Part shown: one piece after another, positions 21,808 to 29,092 of the stretch
Layout: every line of letters starts with the position of its first letter
Numbering within the stretch: position 1 is the stretch's first letter
Assembly: GCA_963843975.1 (NCBI GenBank)
Contig: CAWJMG010000001.1
Coordinates: forward strand, 660,001-692,000
DNA from: an uncultured Actinomycetes bacterium
GTDB lineage: Bacteria; Actinomycetota; Actinomycetes; S36-B12; CAIYMF01
Reading direction: 5' to 3'
Length of the DNA stretch: 32,000 bases
Notes under the pieces: generated by a model
Databases searched by the model: none
What the model was told of the DNA's origin: nothing
What the model saw: the letters and a program-made list of their open reading frames with translations, nothing else
Made by a program: the position numbers and the translations under genes

Positions 21808-23010
21808 TCAGCCGAGCACGACCGCCTGGTACTGCGCGAGGTAGCGCGACTCCTCCTGCGGGGTCAGCACCCGCCAGGTGTGGGCCTGCGCGAGGTCGGC
21901 GTCGCTCGGGAAGATCGCGGGGTTGTCGACCTGGCTCGGGTCGACCTTCTCCATCGCCTCCCGGGCGCCCACGACGGGCGAGAGGTACTGCACGTACGCC
22001 GCGAGCTTCGCCGCCGCCACCGGGTCGTAGTAGTGGTCGATGAGCCTCTGCGCGTTCGCGTGGTGGGTCGCGCCGGCGGGGATGAGGAACACGTCGCTGT
22101 AGAAGCCGCCGCCCTCCTCCGGCATGAAGAACTGGACGTCGGGGTTCTCGAGCTGGATCTGCAGGACGTCGCCGGAGTAGCCGATCGACGCGACGAGGTC
22201 GCCGTTGGTGAGGTCGGCCCCGTAGTCGTTACCCGCCACGCGACGGAACTGGCCGCGGTCGAACGCAGCCTGCAGGTCGCCGATCGCCTCGTCGAAGTCG
22301 GCGTCGGTGAACGACTCCGTCTGCTTCCCGTTGACCCAGAGGAAGAAGCCCATGGTGTCCTCCATCTCCGACGAGATGGCGACCTTGCCGCGGAACTCGT
22401 CGGTGAGGAGCTCGGCGAAGGTCTTGATCTCGCGCCCCGCGAGCGCCTTGTTGTAGCCGATGCCGATGAGGCCGTTGAGGAAAGGCAGCGTGAACGCGCG
22501 ACCCGGGTCCCACGCGGTGTCGGCCAGCGACGGGATGACGTTGGCAGTGTTGGGCATCGCGGCTCGGTCGAGCGGCTCGATGAAGCCGTTGCGCAGGAAC
22601 CGCGCGGCGGTCACGTCGGTGAGCACCGCGAGGTCGCGGTCGATGCCGCGGCCCTCCTTGAGGATGGGCGACTTCTTCGCCCAGAACTCCTCGTTGTCGT
22701 TGATGTCCTCGCTGTACTCCACCGCGATGCCGGTCGCGGCGGTGAAGTCCTGCAGCGTCGTCGTTCCCTCGTCACCGGGCTCGACGATGTCGATGTAGTA
22801 CGGCCAGCTCGACCAGCGCACGAGCTTGTCGGCGTCCGAGGCATCCGTGCCCGTGAACGAGGCGGACGGCGACGCCGCACCCGTGGCACCGCTCGACGAC
22901 GGCGACGCCGTACCCCGTGCACCGCAGGCGGCGAGCGCCATCCCGGCCCCGAGCCCCAGGCCGCTCGAGAGCATCGAGCGACGGGTGATGACAGGCCGGT
23001 TGCGTGCCAA
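21808..23010 (-). CDS. Spermidine/putrescine-type ABC substrate-binding lipoprotein (PotD/PotF family) with Tat-like signal
   Basis: Track ORF trimmed to TTG 23010, preceded by GAAGGAGG at 8 nt. (M)ARNRPVITRRSMLSSGLGLGAGMALAAC has a twin-Arg plus lipobox. The body (...RWSSWPYYID...YSEDINDNEEFWAK...GIGYNK...FYSDVFLIPAG...) is typical of polyamine SBPs. No cognate permease or ATPase is adjacent. Confidence 0.85.
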   Translation of the reverse strand: MARNRPVITRRSMLSSGLGLGAGMALAACGARGTASPSSSGATGAASPSASFTGTDASDADKLVRWSSWPYYIDIVEPGDEGTTTLQDFTAATGIAVEYSEDINDNEEFWAKKSPILKEGRGIDRDLAVLTDVTAARFLRNGFIEPLDRAAMPNTANVIPSLADTAWDPGRAFTLPFLNGLIGIGYNKALAGREIKTFAELLTDEFRGKVAISSEMEDTMGFFLWVNGKQTESFTDADFDEAIGDLQAAFDRGQFRRVAGNDYGADLTNGDLVASIGYSGDVLQIQLENPDVQFFMPEEGGGFYSDVFLIPAGATHHANAQRLIDHYYDPVAAAKLAAYVQYLSPVVGAREAMEKVDPSQVDNPAIFPSDADLAQAHTWRVLTPQEESRYLAQYQAVVLG

Positions 23011-23206
23011 CGGCGGTGCCTCCTTCGATCCGGTGCGACGAAGCGGAAACCGTAACGGCTGCGCGGTGGCCGACGTTGCACGGGGTGGCGTCGGCGTGAC
23101 CCGCGCGCCCTCGCCATCGCAGCACCCCGCTAGGCGAGGATGTGCGGCGACGGCGCTGCGCGCCGCCGCCGCAGGGTCACCAGAGGATCGGCACGGGGAG
23201 GTCGGC

Positions 23207-23833
23207 GTGAGCGCACCGGATTCGTTGGGCGCCAAGGATCCCGAGGAACGTCGTCGCCGGATCCTGGCCGCCGCCGTCGAGGTGCTGATCGAGCGCGGGT
23301 TCGCGGGCACGCGGGTCGCCGACATCGCGACGGTGGCAGGCACGTCGCCCGCGCTGATCGTCTACCACTTCGGCTCGCTGGACGGCGTCCTCGCCGAGGC
23401 GGTGCGCTCGGTGGAGGACGACTTCTTCGACGACTACGCGCGTCTCGTTCCGCCTGGCGCCGACGCCGTCGAGAGGCTGAGGCTCACCGGTGTCATCGGC
23501 GCCGACGTCGGCCCGGCGGTCGGCAACTGGGTGCTCTGGATGGAGATCTGGGTGCGGGCACTTCGTGACGAGGGCACCCGGGCGATCCGGGAGTCGATGG
23601 ATGCTCGGTGGCGGGGGCACATCCGCGAGGTGCTCGAGGCGGGCGTGGCCGAGGGCGTCTTCTCGTGTGCCGACCCGGAGGCCTCGGCCGTGCGCCTCGT
23701 CGCGGTGCTCGACGGCCTGGCTGTGCAGGTGTCGCTCGGCGACCCGGCCGTCCCCGAGGACCGCATGACCGCCCTCTGGCTCGACGCAGCCGCGGTCGAG
23801 GTGGGCCTCCCCCGCGACCGCTTCCACACCTGA
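23207..23833 (+). CDS. TetR/AcrR family transcriptional regulator
   Basis: GTG 23207 follows GGGGAGG. RRRRILAAAVEVLIERGFAGTRVADIATVAGTSPALIVYHFGSLDGVL is the TetR HTH. 208 aa. Confidence 0.85.
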   Translation: MSAPDSLGAKDPEERRRRILAAAVEVLIERGFAGTRVADIATVAGTSPALIVYHFGSLDGVLAEAVRSVEDDFFDDYARLVPPGADAVERLRLTGVIGADVGPAVGNWVLWMEIWVRALRDEGTRAIRESMDARWRGHIREVLEAGVAEGVFSCADPEASAVRLVAVLDGLAVQVSLGDPAVPEDRMTALWLDAAAVEVGLPRDRFHT

Positions 23834-23849
23834 GCGCGCACCGATCGCG

Positions 23850-24776
23850 GTGGCGGACAATGGGCGGGTGACCGTGTCCGCCTCCGCGTCGCTCGTGCTT
23901 CTCCCCGAGCACGAGTGGCGTGCGCGCGCGGCCTTGCACGCGGAGCGCGTCGACGCATGGACGGCGCCGCGGCTCGAGCGGGCGCGACGCGGTGAGAAGC
24001 ACCCGGTCGACGACTTCCTCTTCACCTACTACCCCACGCGCGCAGGGCAGCTCCGTCGCTGGCACCCGGGGCTCGGCGTCGGGCTGGTCGGCGCCGAGGA
24101 GCTCGCGGGCGATGCGGCGTACGTCGTGGCCGAGGTCGACGGGCAGCGCGTGGCCACCGTCGACCCCGCGCACTACGCGCGGCGTCGGCACGGGCTCGCC
24201 TGGGTCGAGGGCCTCGTGCGCTCGAGCGCCGACCGGCCGGCCCGGCTCGGCTGCTTCGGGCTGCACGAGTGGGCGATGGTCTACGGGCTCGAGCAGGACG
24301 AGGTGCGGCACGAGTCCTGGCCGCTGCGGCTCACGCCCACGGAGATCCGCGACGTCGTGGACGACAACGGCCTGCGCTGCACGCACATCGACGCGTACCG
24401 CTTCTTCACGCCGGACGCCGTACCGCTCAACGAGCTCGCTCCGACGCGCGCGACCCAGCCCGAGCTCGACCAGCCGGGATGCCTGCACGCGACGATGGAC
24501 CTCTACAAGTGGGCCGCGAAGTACGACGCCCTCGTGGGCAGCGACCTCGTGGCCGACTGCTTCGCGCTGGCACGTCACGCGCGGCAGCTCGACATGGAGG
24601 CAGCGCCGTACGACCTGGCCGCTCTCGGCTACGCCCCGGTGCGCGTCGAGACGCCCGAGGGGCGCGCGGAGTATGTACGCCGGCAGCGCGAGCTGATGGA
24701 CGTGAGCGCGCCGCTGCGCGGACGCCTCGCGCATGCGCTCGCCGCGGGGCTGGCCGCGGTCGACGCCGCCGCCTGA
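23850..24776 (+). CDS. Conserved actinobacterial protein of the family commonly annotated '3-methyladenine DNA glycosylase' (function unverified)
   Basis: 308-aa ORF with blocks I recognise from that family: HPVDDFLFTYYPTRAGQLRRWHPG, GLHEWAMVYGL, RCTHIDAYRFFTP, QPGCLHATMDLYKWA, LDMEAAPYDL. It starts 17 nt after the TetR stop. Confidence 0.7.
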   Translation: MADNGRVTVSASASLVLLPEHEWRARAALHAERVDAWTAPRLERARRGEKHPVDDFLFTYYPTRAGQLRRWHPGLGVGLVGAEELAGDAAYVVAEVDGQRVATVDPAHYARRRHGLAWVEGLVRSSADRPARLGCFGLHEWAMVYGLEQDEVRHESWPLRLTPTEIRDVVDDNGLRCTHIDAYRFFTPDAVPLNELAPTRATQPELDQPGCLHATMDLYKWAAKYDALVGSDLVADCFALARHARQLDMEAAPYDLAALGYAPVRVETPEGRAEYVRRQRELMDVSAPLRGRLAHALAAGLAAVDAAA

Positions 24777-24822
24777 TCCCGACCCGCCGCGCGCCCGGCC
24801 AGGGCTGCGGCAGGATGGCGCC

Positions 24823-25815
24823 GTGCTCCACCTCCGCCTGCACGTCCCCGACGACCGCTCGCGCGACGTCGTGCGCCTGCTGGCCGGCGACTCGGCGGTC
24901 ACGCACCTCGCGGTCTACCCGGGCGCGGCGCGCCAGCCCCACGGCGACGTGATCGAGTGCGATGTCGCGCGCGAGGGCGCGAGCATCGTCATCGAGTCGC
25001 TGCGCGACCTCGGGATCGAGCATGACGGCGCGATCGTCGCGAGCACCCCGGACCTCGTGCTGTCCGACTCGGCAGTCGCGGCGGAGGAGGCGGCGCCCGG
25101 TCTCCCGGGCGATGCGGTCGTGTGGGAGCAGGTCGAGGCGCGCACGAGCGAGGAGGTCTCGCTCACCATCACGTTCCTCGTCTACCTGTCGGTCGCGACG
25201 ATGCTCGCCGCAGTAGGCGTGCTGCTCGACAGCCCGATCCTGATCGTCGGCGCGATGGTGGTCGGTCCTGAGTTCGGCCCGCTCGCGGCGATCTGCGTCG
25301 CGATCGTGCAGAAGCGCTGGGACGTCATGCGGTCGTCGCTGACCGCGCTGCTCGTGGGCTTCCCCGTCGCGATGCTGGTGACCATCGCGTTCACCCGTGG
25401 ACTGCAACTCATCGGCCTCGCCGACGCCTCGATGCTCACGGCCGACCGGCCGCTGACGTCGTTCATCTGGCGGCCTGATGCGCTCTCGTTCATCGTCGCG
25501 TTCCTCGCGGGCATCGCGGGCATGCTGTCGCTGACCACCACGAAGTCCGGCGCCCTCGTCGGCGTGCTCATCTCGGTGACCACCGTGCCGGCAGCGGCGA
25601 ACGCTGCAGCGGCCATCGCGCTCGGCGTCTGGGCCGAGGCGACCGGTTCGATCGCGCAGCTCGCGCTCAACCTGTCCGCCATCGTCATCGCCGGGCTCAT
25701 CACTCTCTACATCCAGCGCTGGTGGTGGACCCGGCGCGAGATGCGCCCGACGCGCGACCGCGGTGCCATGGCCGTCGCGGAGGCCGCCCGTCGCTCCGCC
25801 CGCCGCACGGACTGA
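24823..25815 (+). CDS. DUF389 (TIGR00341) family membrane protein
   Basis: From GTG 24823: VLHLRLHVPDDRSRDVVRLLAGDSAVTHLAVYPGAA...IESLRDLGIEHDGAI, then the multi-TM region (SPILIVGAMVVGPEFGPLAAICVAIV...). 330 aa. Confidence 0.8.
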   Translation: MLHLRLHVPDDRSRDVVRLLAGDSAVTHLAVYPGAARQPHGDVIECDVAREGASIVIESLRDLGIEHDGAIVASTPDLVLSDSAVAAEEAAPGLPGDAVVWEQVEARTSEEVSLTITFLVYLSVATMLAAVGVLLDSPILIVGAMVVGPEFGPLAAICVAIVQKRWDVMRSSLTALLVGFPVAMLVTIAFTRGLQLIGLADASMLTADRPLTSFIWRPDALSFIVAFLAGIAGMLSLTTTKSGALVGVLISVTTVPAAANAAAAIALGVWAEATGSIAQLALNLSAIVIAGLITLYIQRWWWTRREMRPTRDRGAMAVAEAARRSARRTD

Positions 25816-25841
25816 CCGGCACCGGATGGTTTGATCGACGC

Positions 25842-26318
25842 ATGAGCAGCCCCGCGCCGTCCGTCCTCGCCGCCCTCGAGTCGCTCGGGCTCGACCACCG
25901 CGTGCTCGTGCACACCGCTCCGGTGCGGTCGCTGGCCGAGGCAGCGGCGGCGCGGGGCGTCGACGTCGTCGACGTCGTGAAGACCCTCGTCGTACGCCGC
26001 GGGGAGGGCGACTACCTCTTCGTCCTCGTCCCGGGCGGCCGCTCGATCTCGTGGCCGAAGCTGCGCGCGCTGCTCGGCGTCTCCCGGATGTCGATGCCGC
26101 CCGCGGATGAGGCCTTCGAGGCGACCGGGTTCGAGCGCGGCACCATCACGCCGCTCGGCTCGAAGACGGCATGGCCAGTAGTGGCCGACGTCGTGCTCGC
26201 CTCGCGCGGCGAGATCACGCTCGGCTCGGGCGTGCACGAGGTGGCCATCGCCGTGCAGGCGCTGCCACTGATCGAGGCGGTGTCGGCCGTCGTCGCCGAC
26301 GTGACCGACCCGGAGTAG
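25842..26318 (+). CDS. YbaK/EbsC family aminoacyl-tRNA deacylase
   Basis: MSSPAPSVLAALESLGLDHRVLVH...VVKTLVVRRGEGDYLFVLVPGGRSISWPKLRALLG...GFERGTITPLG; 158 aa. Track ORF trimmed to ATG 25842. Confidence 0.85.
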   Translation: MSSPAPSVLAALESLGLDHRVLVHTAPVRSLAEAAAARGVDVVDVVKTLVVRRGEGDYLFVLVPGGRSISWPKLRALLGVSRMSMPPADEAFEATGFERGTITPLGSKTAWPVVADVVLASRGEITLGSGVHEVAIAVQALPLIEAVSAVVADVTDPE

Positions 26319-26333
26319 CCCGCGGCGCTACTC
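26313..26333. terminator. Compact bidirectional hairpin spanning both stop codons of the convergent ybaK-like and tadG-like genes
   Basis: GAGTAGC (26313-26319) / GCTACTC (26327-26333) with a 7-nt loop. Only 9 nt separate the two stops. Confidence 0.45.
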
Positions 26334-27591
26334 GATGAGCTGGGTGACGCGCAGGTTGGTGTTGCACGCCGGCGTCGAGCCGCCACCGAGCCCGCAGTAC
26401 GACGACAGGCCGCCGACCGGGATGAACTGAGTGACGCGGATCTGGAACGCGTCGTCGGAGTTGTTGCCGCTCGGCAGCCGCACCGCGCTGCTGTTGTCGT
26501 AGCAGCTCGTGCCGCCGTACGTCGCATCCGGGGTCGTGCCGCTGTTGTTGCCGATCTTCCAGCCGCAGATGCGTACGCCGAGGAAGCCGATGACGCGCAT
26601 CGAGGCGTTCTGCCCGCTGCCCGTCAGTCGGTCGTAGACGGGGATGACGCTCTGCTGGCCGAGGATGTCGTTGAGCGCGCCGGCGAGGTCGACGGAGTGC
26701 AGGCAGCCGTTGGCGGTGGAGCAGTTGCCGGAGTTCGGCTGCGGGAAGCCAGGGTCGCCGTCGAGGGTCACCGCGAGGCCTGAGCCGAGGTCGATGATCA
26801 GCGGGTAGCCGATGTCGGTCCACAGGGTGATGTCGCCGGCCGGGTTCGAGCCGCCGTTGTAGTCGACGGTGCCCCAGTTGCCTGCGGCGCCGCCGCAGGT
26901 GCCGTTGCCGTCCTCGTCGTCGTTGCCGTTCCCGTTGCCGTTCCCGTTCCCGTTGCCGCCGCCGATACCGCCGCCGGCGTCGCCGCCGAACGTCTTGGTG
27001 AGCGGCACGAGCTGCGCGGCACCGGGCGTGAGCTTGTCCTGGGCGATCAGCGCGTCGACGGCGGTCGAGCAGAGCGCGAACGGCCGCAGGCCCTGCACCG
27101 CGGACGGCGCCCCCATCGCGGCGGTCGCGCTGCGCACGAGCGAGAACCCGGACTGCCCGAAGACGCCGGCGAAGATCGCGGGGCTCGTGTCCTTCGTCGT
27201 GACCTGGACCTCGACCGAGGCTCTGCGGGTTGCAGCGGTAGGCGACACCGGCGTCACCGCTCCACCCGCTCGGTGCCGAACCGGTCGCGAGCGTGCTGCC
27301 CGACGGCCAGTTGAGAGTGGCGTACGTGACGGCGGTCGTTCGTGCCGTGGACGCCCCGGTGCTGAGCACCGTGGCGCAGCTGAGGCCGGCCCGGGCGACG
27401 TCGGCGAACGTCTTGGCCGCAGCCAGCGCTGCGCCGTCCGAGGCGGCCTGCAGCTGGCGCTTGCGGGTGTAGGCCATGCCGAAGTCGGTGGCGAACACCG
27501 CCATGCCGAAGAGCACGACGACGAGGATCCCGACGAGCACCGCGACGGCGCCTTCGTCGTCCCTCAGTGACTGCCCGCCCAGGCGCCTCAT
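26328..27591 (-). pseudogene. TadG-like (Tad/Flp pilus-assembly TadE/G-like N-domain) secreted protein; reading frame broken by an apparent +1 frameshift near 27211-27232
   Basis: ATG 27591 overlaps the tadE-like stop (ATGA). MRRLGGQSLRDDEGAVAVLVGILVVVLFGMAVFATDFGMAYTRKRQLQAASDGAALAAA...GDAGVAYRCNPQ then turns to Arg-rich junk. The frame of ORF 26328..27257 continues sensibly: ...ASVEVQVTTKDTSPAIFAGVFGQSGFSLVRSATAAMG...GNWGTVDYNGGSNPAGDITLWTDIGYP... Confidence 0.75.
26922..26957 (-). repeat. Hexanucleotide tandem repeat (GTTSCC)x6 encoding (Gly-Asn)6 inside the TadG-like gene
   Basis: gttgcc gttccc gttgcc gttccc gttccc gttgcc on the + strand. Protein context is GGGIGGGNGNGNGNGNGNDDEDGNG. Confidence 0.9.
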
Positions 27592-28169
27592 GAGTACTCG
27601 CACTTGAAGTAGCCGTTTCCGGTGAGCGCGAAGCTCGAGCCGGGGAGAATCGGGACGACGAGGCGGCCGGAGTATGTCGCCGCCACGCGGAGCTGGTCGT
27701 CGGTGCCGCCGACGGATCCGGCGCACGGCAGCTTCCGCAGAGCGTCGGTGTTGGCCGTCGCCGGGAGTGCAGCCCCTTCCGCGACCGAGCAGATGGTCGT
27801 GCCGTTGCGGCTCACGGTGACGCCGACGTCGGTCGGGTTGAGCGCGATGGCCACCGAGGAGTCGCGGGTCCGCTTGAGCACGGCGTAGCAGGTGCGCCCG
27901 GCCGACCCGTCGATCTGACGGACCACGCCGAATCGGCCCGCATCACGCGCGGCGTTGTTGAGCGAGAGGTTCTGCCCGAACAGGATCCCGAAGTCGATGA
28001 TCCCGAAGACCAGCACGAGCAGGAGAGGCACGACGAGGGCGAACTCGACGGCGGCGGCGCCGTCGTCACCTCGCGCGCGCAGCCTCCGCGCCGCGCGCCT
28101 CGTCGGGGCGGCAGCGGGCTCGGGGCGGGGTGTGATGGGCATGGCACCCGTGGAACGGCGTCGGCGCAC
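27588..28169 (-). CDS. TadE-like family protein (pseudopilin-like)
   Basis: 193-aa ORF. TadE domain: GDDGAAAVEFALVVPLLLVLVFGIIDFGILFGQNLSLNNAARDAGR. Start uncertain (GTG 28169 or ATG 28142; neither has a clear SD). Confidence 0.8.
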   Translation of the reverse strand: MRRRRSTGAMPITPRPEPAAAPTRRAARRLRARGDDGAAAVEFALVVPLLLVLVFGIIDFGILFGQNLSLNNAARDAGRFGVVRQIDGSAGRTCYAVLKRTRDSSVAIALNPTDVGVTVSRNGTTICSVAEGAALPATANTDALRKLPCAGSVGGTDDQLRVAATYSGRLVVPILPGSSFALTGNGYFKCEYS

Positions 28170-28234
28170 CAGCCGTTACACGTCCGGCACCGGGGTTCAC
28201 CCATTCGGACGCCGTACGCCGTGACGCTGCGGAG

Positions 28235-29092
28235 TCAGCGGGGCGTGGAGGTGGGCCGACGGGTCTGGCCCGGGGGCGTGCTCGGCTTGTTGCCGGGCGA
28301 CGACGCCTGCGGTGCAGGCGTCGTCGTGGGCTTGCGCGTCTGGCCGGGGGGCGTGCTCGGCTTGTTCGTCTGCCCCGGCGGCGTGCTCGGCTTGTTCGTC
28401 TGCCCCGGCGGCGTGCTGGGCTTGCCGCCCTGACCGTTCCCGGTGCTCGCGGTCGGCTTGCCGCCCGGCTTCGAGGCGAGGATCGGGGCGCAGAACTCCT
28501 CGATGGTCTGGTCGTTGGCCGACGCGGCCTCGGACAGCACCTTGAACGCCACCGACTCGCCGCTCTGGTCGTCGGTGCCGTTGTCGGCGAACGCCGTGCA
28601 CAGGCCGAAGAGCGCCTTCGCGTCGAGCGACGCCGCCGGCCCGGATCCGTTGCTGCTGGGGCGCTCGGTGAACTCCGAAGCTCCGGACGAGGCGGTCGTG
28701 CTGCCGCTGCCGTCGTCGTCGCTGGGGACGACCGTGCTCGGAGCGGGTGCGCCGAGGACGTCGTGCGCCACGCGCTGGAGGCTCTCCGGGAGGGCGCCCG
28801 AGAAGGCGGCCGCGGCGGTGCCGGTGACGAGGACGGCGGAGACGATGCCGAGCGCGGTGCCGACGGCGACGAGCGCAGGGCGCCGGTCGACTCGTCGCAG
28901 CGGCACGACCGCGCTGGCGGCCTCCGCGTGCGCTGCGGCCATGGCGGCCACGGTCGAGTCCGCGTGCGCGAGCTCGTCCGGGGTGCCCGGCGCCTTCAGC
29001 GCCCCGAGCAGCTCGGACAGGTCCATCGATTCCTCCAGGTCGTACGGCTCGTCCCCCGAACCGCCCTCGAAGAAAACGCCGCCCGCGTTCAT
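28235..29092 (-). CDS. Single-pass membrane protein translationally coupled to the ECF sigma (putative non-ZAS anti-sigma factor) with Pro-rich repeat tail
   Basis: 285-aa ORF whose ATG overlaps the sigma stop (ATGA). It has an acidic N-terminus, one TM helix (PALVAVGTALGIVSAVLVTGTAAAAF), an extracytoplasmic part with 2 Cys, and a C-terminal KPSTPPGQT(N/R) repeat series. There is no HxxxCxxC motif. The anti-sigma role is inferred from position only. Confidence 0.6.
   Translation of the reverse strand: MNAGGVFFEGGSGDEPYDLEESMDLSELLGALKAPGTPDELAHADSTVAAMAAAHAEAASAVVPLRRVDRRPALVAVGTALGIVSAVLVTGTAAAAFSGALPESLQRVAHDVLGAPAPSTVVPSDDDGSGSTTASSGASEFTERPSSNGSGPAASLDAKALFGLCTAFADNGTDDQSGESVAFKVLSEAASANDQTIEEFCAPILASKPGGKPTASTGNGQGGKPSTPPGQTNKPSTPPGQTNKPSTPPGQTRKPTTTPAPQASSPGNKPSTPPGQTRRPTSTPR
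28275..28424 (-). repeat. Tandem coding repeats (30-bp unit; two perfect plus degenerate copies) encoding PSTPPGQT motifs
   Basis: The core GGCGTGCTCGGCTTG occurs at 28275-28289, 28350-28364 and 28380-28394, and with 1 mismatch at 28410-28424. 28350-28379 and 28380-28409 are identical 30-mers. Confidence 0.9.

Noticed and set aside
28350-28409. Identical 30-bp direct repeats that could be mistaken for a mini CRISPR array.
   Set aside because: The repeats are directly adjacent with no spacers, lie inside a high-GC3 coding frame, translate to a PSTPPGQT repeat, and no cas genes are present.
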